From the NCBI GenBank assembly GCA_965224705.1, contig OZ245056.1:544001-608000 (forward strand): a DNA stretch of 64,000 nucleotides. Reading direction: 5' to 3'. Source of the stretch: Spirochaetaceae bacterium. Lineage in GTDB: Bacteria > Spirochaetota > Spirochaetia > DSM-2461. Position 1 is the first letter of the stretch. Each line of letters opens with the position of its first letter. The position numbers were made by a program, and so were the translations under genes. Below the pieces are notes generated by a model, which saw nothing but the letters and a program-made list of their open reading frames with translations, was not told the origin of the DNA and ran no database searches. Of the stretch, positions 1-10,100 are shown piece after piece.

Positions 1-17
1 CTGAGAATCAATCCCAT
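1..17 (-). CDS. Probable 5' end of CRISPR-associated Cas2 (truncated by window edge)
   Basis: An ATG at 17 reads MGLIL.. just after the cas1 stop. Type II-B loci are ordered cas9-cas1-cas2-cas4. Only 5 codons are visible, so this is positional inference. Confidence 0.3.
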
Positions 18-21
18 ACCA

Positions 22-981
22 TCACCATTTGAACAGATAGGGCCGGTATTTTTTGTCCCCGCAGAAATGGCCGCTTAGACGGTAAACCTGCCGCTGGATA
101 ATGTGCTCCAGCTTTACCTGTTTTTTTCTGTAGGGATATTTCTTGCTGCAGGTACGCTGTATCTCCTGAATAAGAGTCTGCTTCAGCCTGGGGGTCAAAC
201 TCCCAGCCCCTTCGCTTTGAGAACGCAGCTTTATCACCGCCCGATCCACCACCCAGGCCCGGTATTCCTCCATAATATCCAGCACCAAAGACATTTTTCC
301 GGGCCGGACCGCATGGAGTATGCCCAGATAGGGTTCCAGGCCGGCGTTTTCAACCGCCCCCAGAATAGTACTGCTTAAAACAGCGTACCCCAGATTGAGC
401 ATACTGTTGTTGATTTCCTGACTGCCCCGCCCCTCCCGGCAGCGAAATGACGATGAAAACAACCCGGCTTTGTTCAAGGCTTCAAAATAGCTTCGGGCAC
501 TGCTTCCCTCCAGGCCAAGAAGGGCTTCGGGAGTTGGACAATTTCCGGCTTTCAGGATGCACTCCTTCAAGCCCTCCGAGGCGTTGAGCAGTTCGGGGTT
601 TTTGTGGTACTTGGACAGATAGTTCAACACCGCCCGCTGGTTTTTGATTTTGGCCGTTATGATAGTTCGGGCAAGGGGCAGCCTGTCACCATCGCAGTAT
701 CTGTACTGGTGAAGACGGGCGGCCGCAACGCCATGACGGTTATTTCCAATCAGTACCGCCTGGGATGTTCCCTTAAAATCCAGGAAAAAAAGCTTAATCC
801 CTCGGGCGCTAAAGACCTCTATCAGATCGGATGAAAAGCTTATTCCCCGGCGGGCGATGCTTAGGGTGCTCAGCCGATTGAGGGGATAGTGTTTTTCCTG
901 CCTGTCCGCGTTCCGTACCGAGAGCAGCCCGTTTCTTACGCCGACGAAGGAGCCGTATTCACTGATCACCAGATGTTTCAT
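22..981 (-). CDS. cas1: CRISPR-associated endonuclease Cas1 (type II-B-like)
   Basis: 319 aa with LLGLEG, NSMLNLGY, GLEPYLGILH and LVLDIMEEYR motifs. The start overlaps the cas9 3' end. Confidence 0.97.
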   Translation of the reverse strand: MKHLVISEYGSFVGVRNGLLSVRNADRQEKHYPLNRLSTLSIARRGISFSSDLIEVFSARGIKLFFLDFKGTSQAVLIGNNRHGVAAARLHQYRYCDGDRLPLARTIITAKIKNQRAVLNYLSKYHKNPELLNASEGLKECILKAGNCPTPEALLGLEGSSARSYFEALNKAGLFSSSFRCREGRGSQEINNSMLNLGYAVLSSTILGAVENAGLEPYLGILHAVRPGKMSLVLDIMEEYRAWVVDRAVIKLRSQSEGAGSLTPRLKQTLIQEIQRTCSKKYPYRKKQVKLEHIIQRQVYRLSGHFCGDKKYRPYLFKW

Positions 982-3900
982 CGGGCATAATCCGGTTGTG
1001 AAAGAGTTCCTTCAATTGACTTCCACCAGCCCCTTTGTAGGGAGGCAGGGTTTGTCCGGCCAGATATTCTTTGGTTTCCTTTTGCCAGGCATCCTCATTT
1101 TTCTTTTTATCCCCGTCAAACCGTCTCTTACACAAGGGGTCTTCCCTGAAAAGTTTGATCAAATCAAATTCCGTGTTATCTTTGGCAAGTTCGAGTTTTA
1201 TCATCGGACGGGTATTGTTGGGAATTAGAAAAAAGATTCTCGCTATGCCCTCGGGAAGTGGTTTTTTGGCGGCATCAAGTTCATACCATTTTTCAGGGTC
1301 AATAGCTTCCCCTGCCTGAAATTTATCATCGGAAAGTTTGACAAAACTACCGGATATGCCCCAGGAAGACATTTGCGTACCCAATTTACCATCGGCAGTG
1401 AAGACGGGTATTCCAATCTTGTTATCAACAGAACGGGAGTCCGAATCGTTGACAATCTGAAAGATGGTTTTTCCCTCCCAGGTCTGCCGTCGAAGCATGT
1501 ACTTACCTTCGGATGTCAAAATCGGCAGGGAAAACACCTTGCGGACCTTCTGATGGGGGTGTTTTTTACTATTTACGCGGAAGTAGCTTCGCAGAAAGGT
1601 GCCAAAGTCTTTATCGTCACGATGTTTTTCCCATTCTTTTTTAAGATTTATCCAGCTTTGACGCTGGGGGATGGTGATGGCTGTTCCATTGGATGGAAAT
1701 TTAGTCTGGAAGTTTTTTTTATTGGCTATTGTAGCAAAGAGGTTTTTTTTCTTTTCCTTTTTTTCTTCTTGCAGAGTAAGTTTACGCTTCTCTGTGCGAT
1801 AACCCAGGCCGGAATAGCAGAATTTAGCAAAGCCATCAAAGGGGACTCCCGTTTTTGTATTGTGTTTTTCCATCCAGTACTTATGCAGCTTCAGTTTATC
1901 GATGGTCAGGGTTATACAGCCGCCGGTTTTGATTTTGGGGATATTGACCAGCCAGTCATATAGCTCACCCAGCGACTTGAATGGAGGGGGTGTTTCCGGA
2001 TAGTGTACGCGCTGTTTCAAAAGGGGCAGCAGCCGGTTGAGGAAATCTATCTTGGGAGATTTCCACTGACCGGAATTTGTCCAGTCGAAACCGGCCTTGA
2101 CGCTAATCTTTCCATCTTTTTCCTTTTTCATCAGAACAGGCAGGTAATGGTCGCCGTACATGGTGTCTCTGGTGTAGGCCCTGTGTCGGGTGAACTCTTC
2201 CCTCGGCTTTCTTCGACTTAGAGCGATGACTGAAAAATCAGCAGAATCCGCACGAACCAGAGTATCGGTAAACAGGTTTTCGCGGGAGACTTCGCCGGTT
2301 TTCCTGTTGACGGGAAAAAGGCCTCTGTCTTCAGAAAAAACAAGTTGAAGACTGCCCTCCCTCTTGTGGCGGTCCGCTGTCAGCAGAAAGGCCATCTGGG
2401 CATCCAGAAGATGGGAGTAGGATTCTTGTTTCTGCTCCGGTGCCTTGGCATACTTCTCTATTTCATCGTCCATGAATTCATATAGTTTTCTAAGGTCCTT
2501 TATGCCGTCTCCCTTGGAGTTGCTCACCGCCTCCACGCCAAAGTAGTCAAAATCAATCAGTTCTTGCCTGCCCAGGGAAAGGGCTTTTTTATAAAACGCA
2601 TTGGCCAAAATCTCGGCGAAGTAGCGCTGGGTGCCGTTTACCAATGCCCGGCTTCTGTTGTCTATGGCCTGGAGTACCGCCTTCTTGAGAGGATGCTCAT
2701 TGCCCAGAAACAGGGCATGGCGAAAGGCCTTTTGCTGCTCCTCCTCCAAATTGACAAAGTTCTTATATCGTCCAAACTTAAACTGCCCTCTGTCCGCATC
2801 CCAGATTGTTTCGACAATCTTTTTTTCTATCACCCCATCGTCGGCGGTGTCAAAGATTTTCTGCTTGTAATGAGTATGAAGGTTTGAAAGGGTGTAGAAT
2901 CGCTCCAGCTTGTCGTTGTTTCCCTTCTTGCTGGCATAGATGAGATTGGCCTCATCATTGAGGGTGCCGTATCTGGATGATCGGGGAATAATGTGGTCCA
3001 GTTCGCCATCGTTTCCAGCGAGGCTCCCCGTGTAGGGGCATATTCCCCCTCCCGCAGCCTGGATTCTTTTTTCCTTGTCTTCTATCGTGGGTGCTTTTCC
3101 TGCGTCTTTTTTGCTAGATTTTTTTTTGGCTTTATCCCCCTTAATCGTTCGCAGGGATGGTTCAAATTCAAAGCGGTTGGATTCGGTGATAATGGGAACC
3201 CGAACACGGGTTCCCTGTGCCAGAGACTTTTGGATGCGGGGCCATTGATCTTCGGCTATCTGTTTGGTCAGGATTCTGGTCATCCGCATAACGCCCCCAT
3301 CTATCAAGCGGGTGGGAATGGCCGGAAGACGCTGAGCTTTGGCTCCCATGTCGTCCTGCTGCTCGATGCTCTCCATTCTATAGCTGTTATCCATGCTGCA
3401 AACCGGGCAGGTATTGGAGTTTCCCGTTCGGCCCGTAAAAACAATGTTGTATATCTGGGCAAAGGAAAAAACCGATTCAAACTTTTTTACTCTGGCTTCG
3501 GTTTCTTCCGACTTTCCAAACAGTTTTTCTCCAATTTTTTTACTGAATTTGATTGAGTTATCGCGGAGGGCCGTTAGCTTCTTATCCTTACCCATGGCAA
3601 TACGAACTCCCAGATACCCCTTGTGATCCTTTTGAGCCTCGGCGCATTTTTTGCAATGGTCTTTCATTTTGAAATCCTTGATCCACTCCAGCAGCTCATC
3701 ATCGCTGCTGGATCCGATTTTATCTTTCAGGAAATCCGGGTTCACCTGCAGAACACCGGCCAAGTCATGAAACATCTGGTAGCGTTTTTGCCGGGGTTTG
3801 TGGTTGCAGTAGATCAGCAGTTTGCCAGTGTTATCGAAGCGGGTGGTTCTTTCATAACCCCTTTTACCGTTGTGTTTGTATTCGGGATGGATAAAAATCC

Positions 3901-5788
3901 GCCCATCCCTGGCCCGCTGCCGCATTTTGTAATACCGGCAGACAAAGTGGAGAAATTCGCCGTTGGGAAAAATATCATCGCGGTTAAAGTCAGGCTTGGT
4001 TTTCAGTAAATCCGGGAGGCGGCTTTCTTCTATGGCTTCGGCCAGTTCTTTCCGTACATCTTTAGCTGATTTTTCCTGGCGTATTTTCTTTGTGCGGCTG
4101 TAGATTTCATTGAGCTTCAGGGGGTCGGAGGCCTTGCTCCGATCCAATATAAAGTGTAGCACTCTGGCATCCAGGTCAGCCATATTTCTTTTCTGGGAGT
4201 CCGTGCGCAACTCGCCGGAAAATTCTCCGGTATAATATGGCTTGCCCTTGCTGCTTTGCAGCTTTTCCAGTCTATCCCGGAAGTTTCCCAGATACTCCAC
4301 TGCCGCCTCTTCCAAAAGGGAGAGCCACTCTTTCCACCGGGGGTATTTTTGGTCAAGAAACCCGGAATGGAGTATCAGGCTTTGACAGCGCGGCGGGCGG
4401 CGGTTGTTGTTATCCTGATAGGGGGGAATTGTGCTGATGGGCGCTTCGGTCATCCAGAAATCGACAATCCCGCCGCTGTGCTTCGTCCAGCGTTCTTTGA
4501 GGGCCTTGTAATCCTGCGGCTTTCCGGGCTGTTTTTCCCGGTCGGTATCCGGATTAACCCTCCATTCCCGCAGCAGCCACTTGTCAAAGCAGTTTGTCAG
4601 TCTGGCTTCATCCCAGAAATCACCGCCTCGGTGTGCTTTGTTATCGAAATACTTCCTCAGCGGCTTTAGTTCCAAATTGCTTATGTGGCCAATCAAGTTG
4701 GTCAGTTTTTCCGGGCTTGTTCCCGAGTACTTTCCCCCTTGCAGGCTGCTGCAAAACCGCTTGAGATACCCATGGGTATGATCCTTGCGGCTAAGAACTT
4801 CCAGCACCTCATCAAAGTACTTTTTGCGGTGCCGTCCGCCCGATACCAGCTCACCATGAACCTTATAGAGTGCGTAGGTCAGGTGGTGGATGTGCGACTT
4901 GTCGTACTCCTTTTCGTCGGGGTCGCTCAGATTGAGTTTGTCCATATCGCACGAAGATTCATCGAAATCCCACATTGAATCCTTGCGGGACTTTGTTTTG
5001 GCCGTGTAGTCCGGCACTGTGTCCCGTATCCGCTGTATCCGGTCCTGGTTTTCGGCTGCGTACTCGGTCATATTCATTGATTTGGCATCATTCGGTACTC
5101 CCTCCAGTCCCTGAACACCGGATTCAATCCACCTGTCGATAATCCAGCGGGAAAGCTGCTGCAGAGTTTTGCCTTTTTTATTCAGATCAACTCCGGAGGC
5201 ATTATCCAATACCAGTTGGCAATACTCTTTAAGGAGCTTTGTTCTGCCGTAATACTGCAAGTCATCTTTACCCTCTTTGGCCTTTTTGACCTCTTTGCAT
5301 AGTGCTTCCAGGGCTTCGCCGCATTTTTCCTGGTTGCCCGCAAGTTCTTGCAATACCCGGTCCAAATCTATGCGTCCCCCTTCTTCGGCATCCACCATGT
5401 TCTTGAAGTCACTGGGGAGTTTCGACCACACTTCCGCAGGAAAGCAGGAGAGCACGGACTTGTCGTATTCCTCGGTAAGAACACTGAATCCCCGGCGGTT
5501 CAGCAGAAATCCGATGCTTTGGGAAACATCCGCATTCCAGGGAAGGCAAAGGTGCTTCTCCCAGATAAGCCGGAAGAGCCGTTTGGCCATTTGCCGCCGG
5601 TCCATTCCCCGGCGCTGATGCCGTGTGGCGGTACGGCCCACCATAAGCAGGGTGTAAGCATTTTTTTCCAGATTGTACACGGTTCCTGATCTTTCAATAT
5701 TCCTGGCATCACTTCCGGCGGGGTAGTGCGCACTGTACACGCCGGTATGGGCGGCACCTAAGTCAATGGCTATGGGATTTATATTCAT
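959..5788 (-). CDS. cas9: Type II-B CRISPR RNA-guided endonuclease Cas9 (Csx12/FnCas9-like)
   Basis: 1609 aa. RuvC-I IAIDLG, Arg-rich bridge RTATRHQRRGMDRRQMAKRL, RuvC-II IITESN, HNH ELDHIIPRS..TLNDEANL and RuvC-III SHLLDA. Blocks such as NLELKPLRKYF, IPPYQDNNNRRPPRCQSL and NGTQRYFAE match Francisella Cas9 as I recall it. Confidence 0.97.
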   Translation of the reverse strand: MNINPIAIDLGAAHTGVYSAHYPAGSDARNIERSGTVYNLEKNAYTLLMVGRTATRHQRRGMDRRQMAKRLFRLIWEKHLCLPWNADVSQSIGFLLNRRGFSVLTEEYDKSVLSCFPAEVWSKLPSDFKNMVDAEEGGRIDLDRVLQELAGNQEKCGEALEALCKEVKKAKEGKDDLQYYGRTKLLKEYCQLVLDNASGVDLNKKGKTLQQLSRWIIDRWIESGVQGLEGVPNDAKSMNMTEYAAENQDRIQRIRDTVPDYTAKTKSRKDSMWDFDESSCDMDKLNLSDPDEKEYDKSHIHHLTYALYKVHGELVSGGRHRKKYFDEVLEVLSRKDHTHGYLKRFCSSLQGGKYSGTSPEKLTNLIGHISNLELKPLRKYFDNKAHRGGDFWDEARLTNCFDKWLLREWRVNPDTDREKQPGKPQDYKALKERWTKHSGGIVDFWMTEAPISTIPPYQDNNNRRPPRCQSLILHSGFLDQKYPRWKEWLSLLEEAAVEYLGNFRDRLEKLQSSKGKPYYTGEFSGELRTDSQKRNMADLDARVLHFILDRSKASDPLKLNEIYSRTKKIRQEKSAKDVRKELAEAIEESRLPDLLKTKPDFNRDDIFPNGEFLHFVCRYYKMRQRARDGRIFIHPEYKHNGKRGYERTTRFDNTGKLLIYCNHKPRQKRYQMFHDLAGVLQVNPDFLKDKIGSSSDDELLEWIKDFKMKDHCKKCAEAQKDHKGYLGVRIAMGKDKKLTALRDNSIKFSKKIGEKLFGKSEETEARVKKFESVFSFAQIYNIVFTGRTGNSNTCPVCSMDNSYRMESIEQQDDMGAKAQRLPAIPTRLIDGGVMRMTRILTKQIAEDQWPRIQKSLAQGTRVRVPIITESNRFEFEPSLRTIKGDKAKKKSSKKDAGKAPTIEDKEKRIQAAGGGICPYTGSLAGNDGELDHIIPRSSRYGTLNDEANLIYASKKGNNDKLERFYTLSNLHTHYKQKIFDTADDGVIEKKIVETIWDADRGQFKFGRYKNFVNLEEEQQKAFRHALFLGNEHPLKKAVLQAIDNRSRALVNGTQRYFAEILANAFYKKALSLGRQELIDFDYFGVEAVSNSKGDGIKDLRKLYEFMDDEIEKYAKAPEQKQESYSHLLDAQMAFLLTADRHKREGSLQLVFSEDRGLFPVNRKTGEVSRENLFTDTLVRADSADFSVIALSRRKPREEFTRHRAYTRDTMYGDHYLPVLMKKEKDGKISVKAGFDWTNSGQWKSPKIDFLNRLLPLLKQRVHYPETPPPFKSLGELYDWLVNIPKIKTGGCITLTIDKLKLHKYWMEKHNTKTGVPFDGFAKFCYSGLGYRTEKRKLTLQEEKKEKKKNLFATIANKKNFQTKFPSNGTAITIPQRQSWINLKKEWEKHRDDKDFGTFLRSYFRVNSKKHPHQKVRKVFSLPILTSEGKYMLRRQTWEGKTIFQIVNDSDSRSVDNKIGIPVFTADGKLGTQMSSWGISGSFVKLSDDKFQAGEAIDPEKWYELDAAKKPLPEGIARIFFLIPNNTRPMIKLELAKDNTEFDLIKLFREDPLCKRRFDGDKKKNEDAWQKETKEYLAGQTLPPYKGAGGSQLKELFHNRIMPDETSGDQ

Positions 5789-5794
5789 GGACTG

Positions 5795-5823
5795 AATATA
5801 CTAAACGAAAAATACTATATCAA
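5795..5823 (-). promoter_or_regulatory. sigma70-like promoter of cas9 (leaderless geometry)
   Basis: TTGATA-17 nt-TATATT, with the -10 ending 6 nt before the cas9 ATG. No Shine-Dalgarno sequence. Confidence 0.55.
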
Positions 5824-5902
5824 GGAATTCGATTTTCCCCAAACCACCATGGCTGCCCAATCAGCCAATTCCAGCCTTTTATCAACTAGTTTCCAGAAGG
5901 TA

Positions 5903-5931
5903 TTGCAAGTATTCGGAGTATAAGCTAATAT
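5903..5931 (+). promoter_or_regulatory. sigma70-like promoter of the SRPBCC/VOC genes (divergent from cas9)
   Basis: TTGCAA-17 nt-TAATAT, 5 nt before GTG 5937. Confidence 0.5.
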
Positions 5932-5936
5932 GGGGC

Positions 5937-6516
5937 GTGGCTAGGATTACCATTCAGACTAAAGTCAGAGCACCTGTTGAAAAAGGTGTGGGACTTTTAC
6001 ACCGAGCCGAAGCATGTCAAGCACTGGGAGCCTGTCGAACTTACGTCTCACGGCTCGATTTTTGCCCTTTTTTCCCGCTACCGCGTTGCCAAAATGCTCA
6101 CGTAGCCCAGCTACGCTCCGCTTTTGCCGCCTTGTATCGGAAAAAAATCATCAAAAATCGCCTCGAAGCCTTAAAGTCCGACAGACTCCTGGAACAATGC
6201 AAGCGAAGACTGGCACACGCCGCAGGCCGAAAACGAGCTTGGACCCGGCGGAACATTTTCATACCGGATGGAAGCAAAGGACGAGAGCAGGGGCTTTGAT
6301 TATACCGGGACCTTTGAAGATGTCGTCGCCTGCAAGTCGCTCAAATCAAGCCTCGCAGACGGGCGAAAGGTGGAGGCTTCTTTCTCCGGCGTTGGAGCCG
6401 AAACAACAGTCGTCGTCAGATTTGATCCCGACAAACAGGTATCGGAAGACATGCAAAAAGCTGGCTGGCAGGCGATCCTGGACAACTTCAAAAAATATAC
6501 GGAACAAGGAGTCTGA
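5937..6516 (+). pseudogene. SRPBCC/AHA1-like protein disrupted by a +1 frameshift and a MITE insertion
   Basis: Reconstructed reading: MARITIQTKVRAPVEK/VWDFYTEPKHVKHW[insert]NNASEDWHTPQAENEL..MEAKD..GWQAILDNFKKY. There is an extra base near 5980-5986 and an in-frame TAG inside the insert. Confidence 0.88.
6028..6188 (+). mobile_element. MITE family A, 161 bp
   Basis: Ends GAGCCTGTCGAAC...GTCCGACAGACTC with a 4-bp duplication CTGG (6024-6027 / 6189-6192). Homologous copies lie elsewhere in the window. Confidence 0.9.
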
Positions 6517-6519
6517 TTT

Positions 6520-6945
6520 ATGAAGGTTAATCCCTATCTCAATTTCCCCGGCAGCGCCGAAGAGGCTTTTACTTTTTATAAGTCCATCTTTGGGGGCGAG
6601 CCATCTGTGTTAAAGTTTAAGGATATGCCGCCCATGGAAGGTGTTGAGATATCGAAGGAAGATGCGGAAAAAGTCATGCATATTTCCCTGCCATTGGGCA
6701 AGGACATTCTGCTGATGGCCTCCGACGTCCTGGAATCGCTGGGACAGAGCTACAAAGAGGGCAATAATATCTCTGTTTCTTTGCACCCGGATTCAAAGGA
6801 AGAGGCCGACCGAATCTTTCAGAAGCTCTCTGAAGGAGCCGAGATTGAGATGCCTATAGAGGACCAGTTCTGGGGCGATTACTTCGGCTCCCTGAAGGAC
6901 AAATTCGGTGTTCAATGGATGGTCAATTATAACGCCGAGTTTTAG
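6520..6945 (+). CDS. VOC family protein (PhnB-like)
   Basis: PYLNFPG.AEEAFTFY, VMHISL, LMASD and FWGDYFGSLKDKFGVQWM motifs. Confidence 0.92.
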   Translation: MKVNPYLNFPGSAEEAFTFYKSIFGGEPSVLKFKDMPPMEGVEISKEDAEKVMHISLPLGKDILLMASDVLESLGQSYKEGNNISVSLHPDSKEEADRIFQKLSEGAEIEMPIEDQFWGDYFGSLKDKFGVQWMVNYNAEF

Positions 6946-7126
6946 GGAACAAAAAGAATAAACTTGTAGATATTCTGTTATTGCGTCAGTAATAGCCGGA
7001 GCTGCTGAAAGCATACCTTTTTTATATACCATCTCTTCGCCCGCCATTCGGAGGTCTGGACATTTTCCTTACCATTCAGAGAATTGCGGAACGGGTAGAT
7101 AGTCTTACCCTGATGATGCTTCCTTT

Positions 7127-10100
7127 TTAACTGAACCCGTTATTTCCAGTTCCCCCCGTCAGGCAATGCCGTGACGGTACAAACTGGAACCCTTTAACGG
7201 CATCCAGGGAAGCGGCACCGTCTTTATGCCGCAGCCACACCCGCTGCCAGGCCAGTTCGGTACCCCGTAACCGGGTGTAACGGCCGTTTTCATCTATTTC
7301 CAGCGACCACCACTGCCCGTCAGGATTTGTGCTCATAATACAGGAGGGAAGGGACCGGTCCAGGGCCCAGATAATCTGCGTACCATCATCGGAGCCGGAG
7401 GCCAGGAGGCGGCCATCAGGGCTGAATGCCACACTCCCAACCCAGTCGGCATACCCTTCCAGGACGCCTTCGCATTCACCTCTCGCACTCCACAGTCTCA
7501 CCGTTCCGTCAGCGGAGCCGGAAGCCAGTCGACGGCCATCAGGGCTGAATGCCACACTCCAAACCCAACTGGCATGCCCTTCCAGGACGGCTTCGCAATC
7601 TCCTTCCGCGCTCCACAGTCTCAGCGTTTTGTCAGAGGAGCCCGAGGCCAGGCGGCGGCCATCAGGGCTGAATGCCACACTCAAAACACTAGAGGCATGC
7701 CCTTCCAGGACGGCCAGGCAATCTCCTTCCGCGCTCCACAGTCTCAGCGTTTTGTCAGAGGAGCCGGAGGCCAGGCGGCGGCCATCGGGGCTGAATGCCA
7801 CACTAAAAACCAAAACAGAATGTCCTTCCAGGACGGCTTCGCATTCTCCTTCTACGCTCCATAGTCTCAGCGTACCGTCAAAGGAGCCGGAGACCAGGCG
7901 GCGACCATCAGGGCTGAATGCCACACTATTGACTTTATTGGAATGTCCTTCCAGGACGGCTTTGCATTCACCTTCTGCGCTCCACAGTCTCAGTGTACAG
8001 TCATTGGAACCGGAGGCCAGGAGGCGGCCATCGGGACTGAATCCCACACTCAAAACCCTGGCGGAATGCCCTTCCAGGACGGTTTTGCATTCGCCTTCTG
8101 AGTTCCACAGTCTCACCGTTCCATCATCGGAGCCGGAAGCCAGGCGTCCATCGGGGCTGAATCCCACACTCCAAACACTAGCGGAAGTCCCTTCCAGGAC
8201 GGCTTTGCATTCTCCTTCCACGCTCCACAGTCTCACCGTTCCATCATCGGAGCCGGAGGCCAGACGGCGGCCATCGGGGCTGAATCCCACACTAGAGACT
8301 CCACCTCTATGCCCTTCCAGGACACCTTCGCATTCTCCTTCCGCGCTCCACAGTCTCACCGAAGCGTCATCGGAGCCGGAGACCATGAGGCGTCCATCGG
8401 GGCTGAATCCCACACTAGAGACTCCACCTCTATGCCCTTCCAGGACACCTTCGCATTCTCCTTCCGCGCTCCACAGTCTCACCGTTCCGTCAGAGGTACC
8501 GGAGGCCAGGAGGCGGCCATCGGGGCTGAATGCCACACTCATAACCCAGTCGGAATGCCCTTCCAGGACGGCTTCGCATTCTCCTTCCGCGCTCCACAGT
8601 CTCACCGTTCCGTCAGAGGAGCCGGAGGCTAGGCGGTGGCCATCAGGGCTGAATCCCACACTCCATACCCAATTGGAATGCCCTTCCAGGACGACTTCGC
8701 ATTCGCCTTCCGCACTCCACAGTCGCAGCGTACCGTCAAAGGAGCCGGAGGCCAGGCGGCGGCCATCGGGGCTGAATGCCACATTACAAACCCTATCGGA
8801 ATGCCCTTTCAGGACGGCTTCGCATTCTCCTTGCGCGCTCCACAGTCTCAGCGTTTTGTCATCGGAGCCGGAGGCCAGGCGGTGTCCATCTGGGCTGAAT
8901 GCCACACTTCTAACCCTATCGGAATGCCCTTTCAGGACGGCTTCGCATTCTCCTTGCGCGCTCCACAGTCTCAGCGTTTTGTCATCGGAGCCGGAGGCCA
9001 GGCGGCGGCCATCGGGGCTGAATGCTATACTATAAATTCTACCTCTATGGCCCCATGTTATATGATTCTTCGCGTAGGGCAGGGGCGAGACAGGTGCCAT
9101 AGGGCGACCCGGATATATCCGGCTTCCCCTTTTTGCAAAAAGTCCGGGAATCGGCCCCTTCGCATTGACACAGGTCAGCCTTTGAGCATCCTGCTTCCCT
9201 TCTGTTCTCGTAACCCGGCATTCTTCCCATACCGATTGATTGATGTTCGTTTCGTTCAACTCCAGCTCATCAATGCGGCATTCCTGCCAGCGGCAGAGAA
9301 GCATTTGACAGCGGGTTAGTACCAGTTTCCGGGCACCGATGCCCCGAAGCTTTTCGCCGGACATATCGGCACCGAAGACATGAACCTTTTCAAATGCTTC
9401 AAAAGGCTGGCCCTCCTCCGCCGCGGATCGGATAATTCGGAGCAGCAGGGCATCCTGATGCGGTGAATGGGCACTCTTTTCCGGCCGGGCGGCATAGGCC
9501 GCAAGCTGTGCATGCAGTTTTTTCCGCTCGCCGTCCTTCAGTAGAACAAGGGCCTCTCCAATGAACTTTTCCGTCAGGCGGGAAACGGGTTTGGCCAGGG
9601 AATAACCATCCTGTATCCACTGTGAGAGCAGTTTCCGGGCCAGGAAATACTCCTGCATGGAGCTGTGGGTAAAACCGAATTCATCCTCGCCGAATCGGAG
9701 CAGCAGGGTGGAATTGCGCAGATCCTTTTCGAGCTGTTCGCTGCCCTCCGTCTCATACTGGGCAAACATATTCCTGTCTCTGCGCAGCCATGTCTGGTAC
9801 CAGTCGTTCAAATTGTCTATGTTCATGCGCTGTTCACTGTTCTTCCAAAAATACAGGGCCATATCCTGGAGCAAACGGTGCTTATGGCGGGGCTTAAGAA
9901 CATGTTTACGATCGCGATCCATTACATCAGCGATAAGGGCTTCATAGAACACGGCGGCATTGACGGGAATACCCTCCGACTGTATGGACTGGATGGACGG
10001 AAGCAAATCGGGCAGTTTACTCAGCAGGAGGGGACGGCGTCCCAGGGCGGCCAGGTATTCCTCGCCGTCTATGTAATTCCACACCCGTAATGCCCCCTCC

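Noticed and set aside
8..22. ATG GTA TGG GAT TGA after cas1 as evidence of a broken cas2 or TGA recoding
   Set aside because: An alternative ATG at 17 is open to the edge, and TGA is used as a normal stop throughout the window.
5937..6523. ORFs 5937-6299 and 6014-6523, also 30273-30584, 50205-50447 and 57069-57539
   Set aside because: They share peptide only because they read through MITE A copies, so they are not real proteins.
1..7100. CRISPR array or tracrRNA near cas9
   Set aside because: No repeat-spacer pattern was found. In II-B loci these lie beyond cas2/cas4, outside the left edge.
7329..9035. 568-aa plus-strand repetitive ORF and smaller overlapping ORFs
   Set aside because: These are antisense shadows of the WD40 repeats.
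7365..9055. WD40 DNA repeats as a CRISPR array or DGR template
   Set aside because: They are in-frame coding units without spacers, and there is no reverse transcriptase in the window.
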